A stretch of 51,279 nt of DNA from an uncultured Prochlorococcus sp. (GCA_964397895.1 CAYNKY010000001.1:1-51279), one strand, 5' to 3'. Positions 1 through 10,929 are shown, counted from the stretch's first letter. Notes: generated by a model not told the origin, from the sequence alone. Program-made: numbers and translations.

Positions 1-70
1 CAAATAAATATTTACTTGCGCCAAAAGCTTCTTTAATGTAACTATTGACTTTTTGTAGAAAATCTTTCAT
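1..70 (-). CDS. ndhI: NAD(P)H-quinone oxidoreductase subunit I, 5' end only (runs off the window)
   Basis: Read manually from ATG at 70: MKDFLQKVNSYIKEAFGASKYLF. Resembles the cyanobacterial NdhI N-terminus and follows ndhA as in the ndhAIGE operon. Confidence 0.8.
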   Translation of the reverse strand, partial: MKDFLQKVNSYIKEAFGASKYLF

Positions 71-93
71 TGAAGAAACATACTTATATTTAC

Positions 94-99
94 ATTATA
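94..99 (-). promoter_or_regulatory. Possible -10 element (TATAAT) upstream of ndhI
   Basis: Perfect TATAAT on the minus strand 23 nt before the ndhI ATG. The AT-rich background makes chance matches likely. Confidence 0.3.
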
Positions 100-137
100 A
101 TAGATTAATTTTGTTTTCGTAAGTAAAAATACTTAAA

Positions 138-1256
138 TTATCCTCCAAAGAATTTTGGAAGTGCAAGTTTTAATCCAGCCGTTAATAAAAGGTTTGCTAA
201 TGAAATTGGGAGAAGGAATTTCCAGCCTAAGTCAAGTAATTGATCAATACGTACTCTTGGTGTTGTCCATCGAAGTAAAATAGCTATGAAAACTAATAGG
301 TATGCCTTTAAAATTGTCATAACAATACCTACGGTAGCCGTAATAACTTGTATCAAAGAAGCATCAATTGGAATATTTAAAATACTTGAGATGAATTCTA
401 CAGGTATAGGAAATCCCCAACCACCAAGATAGAGAACAGAAACTAAAAGAGCTGACAAGATCAAATTTATATAACTTCCTAGATAAAAAAGAGCAAATTT
501 CATGCCAGCATATTCTGTTTGGTAGCCGGCAACTAATTCTTCTTCTGCTTCTGGTAAATCAAAAGGTAATCTTTCACATTCAGCAAGAGCACAAATCCAA
601 AAGACTATAAATCCTATTGGTTGTCTCCAAATATTCCAACTGAGAATTCCTGCTCCATTTTGCTGGTTAACTATGTCAACTGTACTAAGAGAATTTGTCA
701 TCATTACAACCGCTAGTACAGATAGAGCGAGCGGTATTTCGTAGCTTATTGATTGCGCAGCAGCTCTTAATCCTCCAAGTAAAGAATATTTATTATTGGA
801 TGCATATCCACTCATTAACAATCCAATTGGTTGGATGCTACTAAGTGCAATCCATAAGAAAATCCCAACACCAACATTGCTAATCAATAAATTTTGTCCG
901 AAGGGGACAATTAGCCAAGAAAGTATAACTGGAACTAGAACAAGAATCGGGCCCGCAGTAAAAAGAATAGAATCTGCTTTAGCAGGAATAATATCTTCCT
1001 TCACTAATAACTTTAAACCATCGGCAATTGGCTGGAGAACTCCAAGAGCACCTGCATATTCAGGTCCTATCCTTTGTTGAGCTGCAGCTGAAATCTTTCT
1101 CTCTAACCACACTGTCACTAATACGCCAACTACAGCAGCCACTAGAACAATTAACATTGGAAACGGGAGCCAAATTATGTGAGCTATTTCACTTGATACT
1201 CCAAAAGATTGTAGAGCTGCAGTAAAACTATTCTCTAAATCAAGGCCGTTATTCAA
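138..1256 (-). CDS. ndhA: NAD(P)H-quinone oxidoreductase subunit 1 (NdhA/NuoH)
   Basis: [23 protein letters not shown] and [21 protein letters not shown] motifs; multiple TM helices; TTG start. Confidence 0.97.
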   Translation of the reverse strand: MNNGLDLENSFTAALQSFGVSSEIAHIIWLPFPMLIVLVAAVVGVLVTVWLERKISAAAQQRIGPEYAGALGVLQPIADGLKLLVKEDIIPAKADSILFTAGPILVLVPVILSWLIVPFGQNLLISNVGVGIFLWIALSSIQPIGLLMSGYASNNKYSLLGGLRAAAQSISYEIPLALSVLAVVMMTNSLSTVDIVNQQNGAGILSWNIWRQPIGFIVFWICALAECERLPFDLPEAEEELVAGYQTEYAGMKFALFYLGSYINLILSALLVSVLYLGGWGFPIPVEFISSILNIPIDASLIQVITATVGIVMTILKAYLLVFIAILLRWTTPRVRIDQLLDLGWKFLLPISLANLLLTAGLKLALPKFFGG

Positions 1257-1333
1257 AGTTTTTTATATATGTTCTTATAGATTAGCTCTTGATTTATAAA
1301 AATCGCGTAATTTTTGTAAATCTATTTTTAAAA

Positions 1334-2476
1334 TCATCTCTTATCTAATGGAATCCAATTTCTTGGCTCAGATCCAGTATAGATTTGCGATGGTCTAAAA
1401 ATTCTATTGGCTCCAAGTTGTTCCCTCCAGTGAGCAAGCCAACCTGCAACTCGTGATATTGCAAAAATTGGAGTAAATAAGTCTTTGGGAATTCCAAGTT
1501 TTCTATAAACAAGTCCAGAATAAAAGTCGACATTAGGGTATATCCCTCTTGGACCTAATTTAGGGATTGCTTCTTCCTCTAATTTTTTTGCTATCTCATA
1601 CATTTCATCTTTGCCAAATCTTTCAAATAATTCTTCAGCCAATTTTTGAAGAATAATAGCTCTTGGGTCTTTGACTTTGTATTCTCTATGCCCAAATCCC
1701 ATTATTTTTCTTTTTGTATTAATTGCATCCTTTATGAAAGAAGAGGCATTTTCAGGTAAATTTATATCTTCTAGCATTGCAATTACATCTTCATTAGCGC
1801 CTCCATGTAAAGGCCCAGCCAGGGTGCCTACGGCAGATGCAACAACTGCGTACGGATCAGTAAGTGTACTCGCAGTAACTCTTGCACTGAAAGTGCTGGC
1901 ATTAAGACTGTGCTCTGCGTGAAGAATTAAACATTTATCAAATACCTTTGCTGCTAATGGGTCTTGTTCTTTTTCCGTTAGCATATATAAGAAATTTGAA
2001 GAATAAGATAAATCATCTCTTGGCTGAATAGGATCATGACCTTTTCTTATTAACTGAAATGCTGCTATCATCGTTGGAATTTTTGCAATAAGTCTGATAA
2101 CTGCGTTATATACATATTTTGGATCATCAATTGCTCTTCTTGAATAAAACAAGCCTAAAGAAGCAGCACTTGATTGGAGTGCATCCATAGGATGCCCAGA
2201 AGCAGGGAAACACTTCATCATATCTCGAACTCGAAAGCTTAGTCTTCTATGCATTTGTACTTCTTCCTCAAAATTCCTGAGTTCTGTCACGGTTGGTAGT
2301 TCTCCCCAAATAAGAAGAAAAGCAGTTTCTAGAAAACTACTTTTTTGAGCAAGTTCTTCAATTTCATAACCTCTATACAAAAGTTTTCCTCTTTTTCCAT
2401 CTATATCGCATATGGAAGATTTTGTAACAGGAATACCTTCTAAACCAGGCTTTAAATTTACTTCTGAGGCATCCAA
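1334..2476 (-). CDS. gltA: Citrate synthase
   Basis: GLEG, HAEH-NASTF, GPLHGGANE, MGFGHR and PNVDFYSG motifs; TTG start. Confidence 0.97.
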   Translation of the reverse strand: MDASEVNLKPGLEGIPVTKSSICDIDGKRGKLLYRGYEIEELAQKSSFLETAFLLIWGELPTVTELRNFEEEVQMHRRLSFRVRDMMKCFPASGHPMDALQSSAASLGLFYSRRAIDDPKYVYNAVIRLIAKIPTMIAAFQLIRKGHDPIQPRDDLSYSSNFLYMLTEKEQDPLAAKVFDKCLILHAEHSLNASTFSARVTASTLTDPYAVVASAVGTLAGPLHGGANEDVIAMLEDINLPENASSFIKDAINTKRKIMGFGHREYKVKDPRAIILQKLAEELFERFGKDEMYEIAKKLEEEAIPKLGPRGIYPNVDFYSGLVYRKLGIPKDLFTPIFAISRVAGWLAHWREQLGANRIFRPSQIYTGSEPRNWIPLDKR

Positions 2477-2588
2477 AATTTTTATACGGAGTTATTTCTA
2501 GTATGTGAATTTAAATAATAAAATTATTTCTGATAATTAACAAGTTAAATAAGTAAATATTCAAAATATTTTAAAAAACCTAGTTTGT

Positions 2589-4034
2589 TTACATAATTAT
2601 TAGTTCTGATTTGAGATAAATTTGTGGATTTCTTTCAGGTATTTTTTGTTTAGTAGCGACTTTAATATTATCGATTGAGAATTTGATTTTATTGATTGTG
2701 AAATAATTTAAATTATTGAGTAAATCAAAATTATTTTTAAGTTTCTCATCATTTATATGATTAATAAATATTTTATCATTTATTAGATTTCTTTCTGAAT
2801 TTGAATTATTGATTTCATTAAGGTAATCAATTAAGGCTTTTTGGTTATTAGAAATATTAAGTAATTCTTCGATATTATTACTTATAAAAATATATTCATT
2901 ATCTTCATAAATAAATAAGGGATCTTCTCTTTCATATGTTACTTTACTATCTTTCATTATTATCTCATCTTTTGTTAATACTGAATAGCTTTTATCATTA
3001 TTAATTAAGACCTCTTTATTATGATTTTTTAGAGATTCCAAATTATTTATATCGATTTTATTAGATTTATAGTTAGAAAATCCCAATAGCCAATTTTTAT
3101 TATTTAATAAAATATATTCTGTATCTCCAATCTTATCTAATATTTCTTCATATAAATCTTTTTCGTTAATACTTTCAAATAAATAGGTTAGATATTCTTT
3201 AAATCTATCTATTTGATTTGTTAGTAAAATACTTTTATTCAGATGAAATAAACTATTTAAATATGAAAAATTTTTATTATCATTAAAATTATTGAATGTA
3301 TATGACTCTAAAAATATTTTGTTTTCTATCAAATCAACTGAAGTTATGAAATTATCAATATTATCTTTTTTATTAATTTTATCTAAATAAATATCTTTGG
3401 AAATAACAAGGATATTTTTCTTATCCACATTTTTGTTATTTTTCAATATATATTTTAAATTATATATTTTGCTATTTTCTTTAGATGAATTTAAAGAATC
3501 ATAAATTAAACTTTTATTTGATGATGTTATAAGATAATTATCTTTTGTAAGTGTTATATAAGAAAGATAATTTAATTTTCCTGATTTATTTAATTTTACT
3601 ATCTTATTAATAAGATCATTATTCTCATCAATATCAAATATATTTTTTATAATTTTATTATTTTTAATTTTAAATATTAGTAAAATATCTCTCTTATTAT
3701 TATTATTAAATATTGAAAAAGAAAATTCGCCATCATAAATATTTTTAATTTTCCTATTAGATTTAATTCCTAGATAATCTAATAAGCTTTGTTTTACAAT
3801 GTCAAATTCCTTTCTTTTATTTAGTGGAATTTTTCTAATAATATTTTTGATTGTTTGATATTTAAAATTTGAAACTAGTGTTATTTCACTTTTATTAGAG
3901 ATATATTCGATGATTTTTGTATCACTTATTGATGAATTCTTCGAGAAAATATCCATAACATTACTTTTTAAAAAAAATATAAAAATAAGTAACAGGAATG
4001 TTATTAATAATGATTTCCCAACTTTATTATTCAT
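2589..4034 (-). CDS. Hypothetical membrane-anchored protein, extremely Asn/Lys/Ile-rich (possibly a diverged DUF3352-type protein)
   Basis: 481-codon ORF despite extreme AT content; N-terminal hydrophobic anchor LLITFLLLIFIFF. The family guess rests only on recalled gene position. Confidence 0.65.
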   Translation of the reverse strand: MNNKVGKSLLITFLLLIFIFFLKSNVMDIFSKNSSISDTKIIEYISNKSEITLVSNFKYQTIKNIIRKIPLNKRKEFDIVKQSLLDYLGIKSNRKIKNIYDGEFSFSIFNNNNKRDILLIFKIKNNKIIKNIFDIDENNDLINKIVKLNKSGKLNYLSYITLTKDNYLITSSNKSLIYDSLNSSKENSKIYNLKYILKNNKNVDKKNILVISKDIYLDKINKKDNIDNFITSVDLIENKIFLESYTFNNFNDNKNFSYLNSLFHLNKSILLTNQIDRFKEYLTYLFESINEKDLYEEILDKIGDTEYILLNNKNWLLGFSNYKSNKIDINNLESLKNHNKEVLINNDKSYSVLTKDEIIMKDSKVTYEREDPLFIYEDNEYIFISNNIEELLNISNNQKALIDYLNEINNSNSERNLINDKIFINHINDEKLKNNFDLLNNLNYFTINKIKFSIDNIKVATKQKIPERNPQIYLKSELIIM

Positions 4035-4121
4035 CTTTTATTTTTATTCTTAACAAATCCTATTTTCTTGCAACTCATATTATTAAATTGTTATAAGAGT
4101 CATTTTGGTTAGTTGTTACTA

Positions 4122-4475
4122 ATGGAAATTATGCCCAAATCCATATCATCTTTAAGCTTAAATGCATGGATTAACTCAGAAGCAGAGAAACCTATAATTA
4201 TTGATGTTAGAGAAAGTTTGGAATTATCATTAGCTTCTTTCCCTTACACAGATATACATATGCCTATGAGTGAAGTAACTATAGAATTTGTAAAATCTCA
4301 GCTTAAAAATTATTTGGAGGATAGAAAATTTGTAATTTTATGTCATAAAGGTATTAGGAGTTATAACTTTGGTATATGGCTATTAGACAATAGAATTTTA
4401 AGGGAAGTGTGGAACTTAAATGATGGAATTGATGGATGGAGCATAGAAGTTGATTCAAAAGTTCCAAGATACTAA
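4122..4475 (+). CDS. Single-domain rhodanese-like sulfurtransferase
   Basis: IIDVRE, active-site loop LCHKGIRS, NLNDGIDGW, C-terminal VPRY. Start is more likely ATG 4122 or 4131 than TTG 4113. Confidence 0.88.
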   Translation: MEIMPKSISSLSLNAWINSEAEKPIIIDVRESLELSLASFPYTDIHMPMSEVTIEFVKSQLKNYLEDRKFVILCHKGIRSYNFGIWLLDNRILREVWNLNDGIDGWSIEVDSKVPRY

Positions 4476-4476
4476 C

Positions 4477-5727
4477 TTACTCTAAATTATTCATTCGAGA
4501 TTCAACAGTATTAACATCTTTATCTCCTCTGCCTGAACAATTAATTACTATTTCACTGTATTCCTTAAGGGTTGGGCATAGTTTCTCTAACCATGCGAAA
4601 GCATGTGCAGTTTCTAGTGCTGGAATTATCCCTTCTAATTCACTTACTAGTTTTAAAGCTTTTAAAGCCTCTATATCAGTCACTGCTGCATATTCAGCTC
4701 TACCAACTTCCTTGAGAAAACTATGCTCAGGTCCGACACCTGGATAATCAAGACCTGCACTGATGGAGTGAGCTTCTTGAACTTGTCCTTCATTATTTTG
4801 CAATAGCAAACTCATCGATCCATGAAGAATGCCTATCGAACCTTTTGTTATTGTTGCCGCATGTTTATCTGTATTAATTCCATCACCAGCGGCTTCAACT
4901 CCTATAAGTCGAACATTTGTATCTTTAACAAATGGATGAAAAAGTCCCATAGCATTTGATCCTCCTCCAACACATGCAAGCAAGATATTGGGTAATCCTC
5001 CAAAAGAATCTTGACATTGTTTTTTTGTTTCCTCCCCAATAATTGAATGAAAGTCTCTGACAAGCATTGGATAAGGGTGAGGTCCAGCAACAGAACCTAA
5101 AATGTAATGTGTATTCTCAACATTTGATACCCAATCTCTTATGGCTTCACTTGTTGCATCTTTCAACGTAGCAGTTCCGGATGTAACTACTTTGACTTCT
5201 GCTCCAAGTAGTTTCATCCTGAAAACATTAAGAGATTGCCTTTTGATGTCTTCTTCACCCATATAAATTACACATTTCAAGCCAAATCTTGCACATACAG
5301 TTGCAGTGGCAACACCATGTTGCCCAGCACCTGTCTCCGCTATGATTCTTCTTTTACCCATTCTTATAGCTAAAAGTGCTTGCCCAAGAGCATTATTAAT
5401 CTTATGAGCCCCTGTATGATTTAGATCTTCTCTTTTAAGCCAAATTCTACTTTTAATATTATTACTTTTATAGTATTCCGAAAGTCTTTTGGCTTCATAA
5501 AGAGGAGTTTCTCTGCCAACATAATTTTTTAGCAAATGATTTAATTCGTCTGTAAATTTTTTGTCAGTCCAAGCATCCTTAGCCGCTTTCTCAAGTTCAA
5601 ACAGTGCCGGCATAAGTGTTTCAGGAACATACTGTCCTCCATAATTTCCGAATCTTCCATTGCTTGAGGGACGATTAGATTCATCAAATATATTATTTTG
5701 ATTTGCAAATGGAGTAGTGCTTACCAA
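4477..5727 (-). CDS. trpB: Tryptophan synthase beta chain
   Basis: [14 protein letters not shown] (PLP Lys), [25 protein letters not shown] and SGRGDKD motifs. Confidence 0.98.
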   Translation of the reverse strand: MVSTTPFANQNNIFDESNRPSSNGRFGNYGGQYVPETLMPALFELEKAAKDAWTDKKFTDELNHLLKNYVGRETPLYEAKRLSEYYKSNNIKSRIWLKREDLNHTGAHKINNALGQALLAIRMGKRRIIAETGAGQHGVATATVCARFGLKCVIYMGEEDIKRQSLNVFRMKLLGAEVKVVTSGTATLKDATSEAIRDWVSNVENTHYILGSVAGPHPYPMLVRDFHSIIGEETKKQCQDSFGGLPNILLACVGGGSNAMGLFHPFVKDTNVRLIGVEAAGDGINTDKHAATITKGSIGILHGSMSLLLQNNEGQVQEAHSISAGLDYPGVGPEHSFLKEVGRAEYAAVTDIEALKALKLVSELEGIIPALETAHAFAWLEKLCPTLKEYSEIVINCSGRGDKDVNTVESRMNNLE

Positions 5728-5776
5728 TTTTCTATAATATGCATAGTTAATCTAACTATAGATTATTCAGAAAATA

Positions 5777-6088
5777 ATGCGAAAGAAAAACTGGATTGAA
5801 TTTGAAAATGAAGAACAAATTAATAATAATAATAATGTATTAAATAAAAATCCTGCAAAATCAAAAAAAATAAATATTCACAAGGAAAAAAAAGGTAAGA
5901 GGGGCAAAATTATTACTGTTATTTCTGGTATATCAAAAGATAATTCATATGAATATTTAAAATTATTCAAAAATTTAAAGATTTTTTGTGGTACCGGAGG
6001 AAAATTAAATGATGAGAGTATTCAATTACAAGGAGATATGGAGGAAAAGGTTAAGATTTTTCTTCGTAAAGAAGGTTATCAAATTTAA
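5777..6088 (+). CDS. yciH: SUI1/YciH-family translation factor
   Basis: KGKRGKIITVISG, CGTGG and IQLQGD motifs. Confidence 0.88.
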   Translation: MRKKNWIEFENEEQINNNNNVLNKNPAKSKKINIHKEKKGKRGKIITVISGISKDNSYEYLKLFKNLKIFCGTGGKLNDESIQLQGDMEEKVKIFLRKEGYQI

Positions 6089-6133
6089 AGTTTTAACAGT
6101 TAAAATGAAACGTTAAAGATTAATTTTTTACCA

Positions 6134-6766
6134 ATGCAAAAAGTAGATTCAAATTATTCAGATAGAAATATAAAATGGCATGATTTATCAATTGATAGAA
6201 AAAAATTAGAAAATCTTAGAGGTCACAGAGGGATTGTATTATGGTTTACAGGTTTATCAGGATCTGGTAAAAGCACATTAGCCAATGCTTTAAATGAATT
6301 TCTTCACTCACAAGGGATCTCAACATATATTCTTGATGGAGACAATGTTAGACATGGTTTATGTAAAGATCTTGGTTTCTCTGATAAGGATAGGGAGGAG
6401 AATATAAGAAGAATTGGAGAAGTCGCAAATTTATTCTTGGATGCAGGGATTGTTACCATAACTTCTTTTGTATCGCCTTTCTCTGCGGATAGGGAAAAAG
6501 TTAGGAAAATAATTGGTGCAGAAGATTTTATTGAAATTTATTGTTCCGCAAATCTTGAGGTCTGTGAGAGAAGAGATACAAAAGGACTATATAAAAAGGC
6601 TCGTTTAGGAGAAATAAAAGATTTCACAGGAATCTCCAGCCCATATGAAATTCCTTCTAACCCAAATATAGTTGTAGAGACTGGTTCTCTTGATTTAAGC
6701 AACTCAGTAAATCAAATAGTTGATTATTTAAATAATCATAAAATTTTTAAATTAAAAATAGGATAA
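6134..6766 (+). CDS. cysC: Adenylyl-sulfate kinase
   Basis: WFTGLSGSGKST P-loop, LDGDNVRHGL, RDTKGLY and FTGISSPYE motifs. Confidence 0.97.
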   Translation: MQKVDSNYSDRNIKWHDLSIDRKKLENLRGHRGIVLWFTGLSGSGKSTLANALNEFLHSQGISTYILDGDNVRHGLCKDLGFSDKDREENIRRIGEVANLFLDAGIVTITSFVSPFSADREKVRKIIGAEDFIEIYCSANLEVCERRDTKGLYKKARLGEIKDFTGISSPYEIPSNPNIVVETGSLDLSNSVNQIVDYLNNHKIFKLKIG

Positions 6767-6767
6767 A

Positions 6768-7304
6768 TTAGTTTTCTTCTAAATATGTTTTGATTCCTTT
6801 TATTTTTAAATTTTTATTCTTTTTTCTTACTTCACTATGCATTTCTTGGCGAAATGCTTGTAATCTATTTTTGACAATATTGTCAGATATCCCTATTATC
6901 TGGGCTGCTAATAAACCAGCATTTTGTCCCCCATTTATAGCGACAGTAGCAACTGGTATTCCTTTTGGCATTTGAACAATAGATAGTAGTGAATCAATAC
7001 CACTTAAATTTTGACTTTTAATTGGAACTCCTATTGTGGGAATTAACGTTAATGATGCAATCATTCCTGGGAGATGAGCTGAGCCCCCAGCACCAGCAAT
7101 TATTATTTCGATATTATTTTCTGAAGCATTTTTCGCATATTCCATCATCTCAATAGGAGTTCGATGTGCAGATAATATACATACATCAGATGAGATCCCA
7201 AATTCTTCAAGGATTTCTACTGCTGATTTCATAATTGGTAGATCAGAGTCACTTCCCATAACTACAGAAACTTTGTGAAGAAAATTAATTTTAGAAGATG
7301 ACAA
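6768..7304 (-). CDS. purE: N5-carboxyaminoimidazole ribonucleotide mutase
   Basis: MGSDSDL, SAHRTP, AGAGGSAHLPG and QMPKGIPVATV motifs. Confidence 0.97.
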   Translation of the reverse strand: MSSSKINFLHKVSVVMGSDSDLPIMKSAVEILEEFGISSDVCILSAHRTPIEMMEYAKNASENNIEIIIAGAGGSAHLPGMIASLTLIPTIGVPIKSQNLSGIDSLLSIVQMPKGIPVATVAINGGQNAGLLAAQIIGISDNIVKNRLQAFRQEMHSEVRKKNKNLKIKGIKTYLEEN

Positions 7305-7393
7305 AATAACAGTTCAATTCTATTCTTATGATGACGTGCAATAGATAGTACGCTAGTTCGTTAATATTAAGATTATAAAAATATAGAAAAATC

Positions 7394-8095
7394 ATGACAA
7401 TTAGTAAGAATCTTGAAAAGAAAGAAGTAAAAGAATATTTTAATGGGACCGGATTTGATAGATGGAAAAGAATTTATAGCAAATCTGATGATGTAAATAC
7501 AGTACAAAAGAATATTAGAAAAGGTCACCAAAAAACAGTAGATGATGTTATTGAATGGATTAAAGATTATCCCCAAATATCGACATCATCTTTTTGTGAT
7601 GCTGGGTGTGGAGTTGGTAGTTTAACTATTCCTCTTTTAAAATTAGGTGCAAAAAACATCCAATCTAGTGATATTTCAGATTCAATGATTGAGGAAACAA
7701 AGTTGAGAGTCAAAAAAGCAGGTTTGAATACTCAGAAATTAAAATTTAAAGTTAGTGATCTAGAGAACTTAAATGGGTTTTTCGATGTTGTTATTTGCCT
7801 AGATGTATTTATACATTATCCACAAGATGTTGCAGAAGAAATGGTGAAACATTTGTGTGATTTAAGTAAATCTACTCTTATTGTTAGTTTTGCGCCTTAT
7901 ACTCCTTTTCTCGCAGTTTTAAAGAATATTGGAAAAATATTTCCTGGACCTAGCAAAACTACTAGAGCATATACTTTAAAAGAGATTGGAATTATTAATG
8001 CAGCCAAGCAAAAAGGTTTTTTTGTTGCAAAGAAGAAGTTAAACCAAGCTCCTTTTTATTTCTCAAAATTAATTGAATTTAGAAAAGAAGAATAA
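7394..8095 (+). CDS. chlM: Magnesium-protoporphyrin IX methyltransferase
   Basis: YFNGTGFDRWKRIY, DAGCGVG (SAM binding), CLDVFIHYP and FPGPSKTTRAY motifs. Confidence 0.96.
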   Translation: MTISKNLEKKEVKEYFNGTGFDRWKRIYSKSDDVNTVQKNIRKGHQKTVDDVIEWIKDYPQISTSSFCDAGCGVGSLTIPLLKLGAKNIQSSDISDSMIEETKLRVKKAGLNTQKLKFKVSDLENLNGFFDVVICLDVFIHYPQDVAEEMVKHLCDLSKSTLIVSFAPYTPFLAVLKNIGKIFPGPSKTTRAYTLKEIGIINAAKQKGFFVAKKKLNQAPFYFSKLIEFRKEE

Positions 8096-8096
8096 T

Positions 8097-8822
8097 CTAT
8101 TTTACAAGATTATTTTCTAATGCATATCTTACAAGTTCAGTTCTACTCGAAGTAGTTGTTTTGATAAATAATCTACTCACATACTTTTCAACATTTCTTA
8201 TTGAGGTTTCTAATTTTCTTGCAATTTCTTTATTCATAAGACCTTCAGCTACAAGTTGTAGAACGCTTGCTTCTCTTGGTGTAAAGCTTGGAATGTTAAC
8301 ATCATTGTCTTTATTTTGTGAATTATTATTTGTAAGCATTGATCTGATTTCTGTAATTTGTTTCGCCATTTTGCTGACATCCGTATCAGCAAATCTTGCT
8401 GCTTCTTTAAGTAATCTCTCTTGCCTCTTAATTACATTATTTACTCTAGCTGCCAATTCATCAGGATCAAATGGTTTCGCTATATAGTCATCAACCCCTG
8501 CGAGATATCCTTGTGTTCTATCAAGAGTCATACCTTTGGCAGTAAGAAAAATTACAGGAGTACCACTTAATCTCTCATCCTCTCTTATTCTCTCAAGTAA
8601 TGAATATCCGTTACATCTAGGCATCATGATATCACTTATAATTAAGTCAGGGAAAAATTGTTGTGCTTTGTCCCAGCCATCCTCTCCATCTACAGCGACT
8701 GTAATTTCAAAGCCTTCATCTTCAAGAAATGTTTTAACTGCATTCCTAAGGCCTGGTTCATCATCAACCAATAAGATTTGACCTTTTTTCTTTTCTTCTC
8801 TACTTTGATTTAAATCATTCAT
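8097..8822 (-). CDS. ycf29: NarL/LuxR-family response regulator (Ycf29/Rre1-like), no adjacent kinase
   Basis: REC domain (LVDDE, SDIMMP, FLTA, KPF) plus LuxR HTH (TPREASVLQLVAEGLMNKEIA, RNVEKYVSRLF). Confidence 0.85.
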   Translation of the reverse strand: MNDLNQSREEKKKGQILLVDDEPGLRNAVKTFLEDEGFEITVAVDGEDGWDKAQQFFPDLIISDIMMPRCNGYSLLERIREDERLSGTPVIFLTAKGMTLDRTQGYLAGVDDYIAKPFDPDELAARVNNVIKRQERLLKEAARFADTDVSKMAKQITEIRSMLTNNNSQNKDNDVNIPSFTPREASVLQLVAEGLMNKEIARKLETSIRNVEKYVSRLFIKTTTSSRTELVRYALENNLVK

Positions 8823-8876
8823 TGTTAATTCAGTGGAAATGGCTAGAAGTTATTAAAATTTTCTATACTAAAAAAT

Positions 8877-10025
8877 ATGATTTCAAACCCTATTCTACTC
8901 GATTATCAATCTTCTACACCTTGTTTTAAAGAAGTTATAGAGGTAATGAATCCATATTGGTCAGAAATATTTGCGAATCCATCTAGTAAATCAAACTTAG
9001 CGGGTATAAAGGCCAGTGCCGCATTAGAATTTGCGAGAGATCAAATTACAAAGAATCTTGATTTAGTTAATAAAAAAATAATTTTTACAAGTGGAGCTAC
9101 TGAGTCTAATAATTTAGCATTATTTGGTTTTGCTAGGCATTTTTATAAAGAAACAGGAAATTTCGGTAACATCATAACTCTTAAGACAGAGCATCATGCT
9201 GTACTAGAACCTTTAAGGCAGCTTAAAAGAGAAGGCTTTAGTATTACAGAAATCATTCCTGGTAAAGATGGTTTAATTTCGGAAGAGAAGTTGATAAGTT
9301 CTATTAAAAGTGATACTTTTTTGATCAGTATAATGTTTGCAAATAACGAGATTGGAGTTGTTCAACCTGTAGAGAGTATTTTTAAATTATGTAAAAGTAG
9401 GCAGATAACTTTTCATACTGATGCTGCTCAATGCCTAGGATATCTGCCTATTGAAAATATTGATAAGATTGCAAATATGATCACGATAAGTTCCCATAAA
9501 ATTTATGGGCCTAAGGGTGTTGGTCTTTTACTTCTGGATAAAGATATACAATTACAGCCTTTAATATTAGGAGGTGGTCAAGAATCTGGATTTAGATCAG
9601 GGACAATACCTTTACCTTTGATTATTGGTTTTTCAAAAGCCATAGAACTTGCGATTCAAAATCAACAAGATAATTTTAAAAAACTATCTCAAGATAGAAA
9701 TAATTTAATGGAGGGATTATTAAGACATAATTCTGGTTTGACTATAAATGGCTCGCTTACTAATAGATTGCCTAACAATCTAAATATAACTGTTTCTGAA
9801 GTTAGAGGTTCTTCCTTGCATAAAATATTGAAACCAAAAATCATATGTTCTAGCGGTTCTGCTTGCAGTAATGGAGAGCCTTCCCATGTTCTTCAGGCTC
9901 TTGGTAAATCATTTATTGAAGCTGAGGCGTCAATTAGATTAAGTGTTGGACTATCTACAACAGAAGAAGAGATAGAAAAAGCCATTAATATCATTTCCAA
10001 TTCGATCAATACATTAAGAAAATAG
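8877..10025 (+). CDS. iscS: Cysteine desulfurase, IscS/NifS class I
   Basis: LDYQSSTP, FTSGATESNN, SSHKIYGPKG (PLP Lys) and SSGSACS (catalytic Cys). Confidence 0.92.
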   Translation: MISNPILLDYQSSTPCFKEVIEVMNPYWSEIFANPSSKSNLAGIKASAALEFARDQITKNLDLVNKKIIFTSGATESNNLALFGFARHFYKETGNFGNIITLKTEHHAVLEPLRQLKREGFSITEIIPGKDGLISEEKLISSIKSDTFLISIMFANNEIGVVQPVESIFKLCKSRQITFHTDAAQCLGYLPIENIDKIANMITISSHKIYGPKGVGLLLLDKDIQLQPLILGGGQESGFRSGTIPLPLIIGFSKAIELAIQNQQDNFKKLSQDRNNLMEGLLRHNSGLTINGSLTNRLPNNLNITVSEVRGSSLHKILKPKIICSSGSACSNGEPSHVLQALGKSFIEAEASIRLSVGLSTTEEEIEKAINIISNSINTLRK

Positions 10026-10026
10026 A

Positions 10027-10929
10027 TTATTCTTTTTTGGCAATTCTTAACTTGGCACTTCTTGATCTTTTATTTTCTTGAATTTCTATCTCATTTGGAG
10101 TAATAGGTTTCTTTGTTAAATTAAGAAATCTTTTATCATTTTTAAAATAGTTTTTAACTAATCTATCCTCAATTGAATGAAAACTTATGATTGATAATAT
10201 TCCTCCAGAGACTAACCAATCAGGAGCAATATTTAATAATTTTTCTAATGACTCAATTTCTTGATTGACAGCAATTCTCAATGCTTGAAAGGTCCTTGTC
10301 GCAGGATGTATTCTTTTATACCTTTGATTAGGAGGAAAACATCCAGATATGGCATATGCTAATTCTCGAGTACCAGAATAATCACCTTTACTTTTTAGAT
10401 CAAATTTTATTTTTCTAGCAATCTTTCTTGAAAATTTTTCTTCACCATATTTGTAAATTAAATCAGCTAAATCTTTCTCAGATGTTTCTTTAATAATGGA
10501 ATTGGCATTTATTGCTTGATGAGGATTCATTCTCATATCCAATGGACCATCATTTTTAAAACTAAATCCTCTTTCAGGGTTATCCACTTGATTACTATTA
10601 AATCCTAGGTCTGCAATTACAAATGAAACTTTTTCTTTTGGCTTAAAATCAGCAAAATTTGAATTTACTATTTGAATCCTTTTTTCAAATTTCTTAAGAT
10701 GGTTTTTTGCGAAAGAATTTGCGAAAGGATCTTGATCTATTCCTATTATTTCTAAATTTGGAAATCTTTCTAATAATCTATGAGAGTGTCCTCCTCCTCC
10801 CATTGTGGCGTCAATTCCTTTGAAGCTTTTAAGATCTTTTTGCGAGCAATTTTCTATGGAATTAACTATTTCATTAATCATTACTGGTTGATGATTAAAT
10901 AATGATGAATTATAGGAGTCAATTTTCAT
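10027..10929 (-). CDS. rsmH: 16S rRNA m4C1402 methyltransferase
   Basis: HQPVM, DATMGGGGHS, GPLDMRM, HPATRTFQALRIAVN, SFHSIEDR and RSRSAKLR motifs. Confidence 0.97.
   Translation of the reverse strand: MKIDSYNSSLFNHQPVMINEIVNSIENCSQKDLKSFKGIDATMGGGGHSHRLLERFPNLEIIGIDQDPFANSFAKNHLKKFEKRIQIVNSNFADFKPKEKVSFVIADLGFNSNQVDNPERGFSFKNDGPLDMRMNPHQAINANSIIKETSEKDLADLIYKYGEEKFSRKIARKIKFDLKSKGDYSGTRELAYAISGCFPPNQRYKRIHPATRTFQALRIAVNQEIESLEKLLNIAPDWLVSGGILSIISFHSIEDRLVKNYFKNDKRFLNLTKKPITPNEIEIQENKRSRSAKLRIAKKE

Noticed and set aside
5822-5836. (AAT)5 microsatellite in yciH
   Set aside because: In-frame poly-Asn in a variable linker; expected in AT-rich DNA.
4122-10025. Rhodanese, cysC and iscS as a sulfur-relay cluster
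   Set aside because: They are separated by unrelated genes on the opposite strand, with no operon structure.
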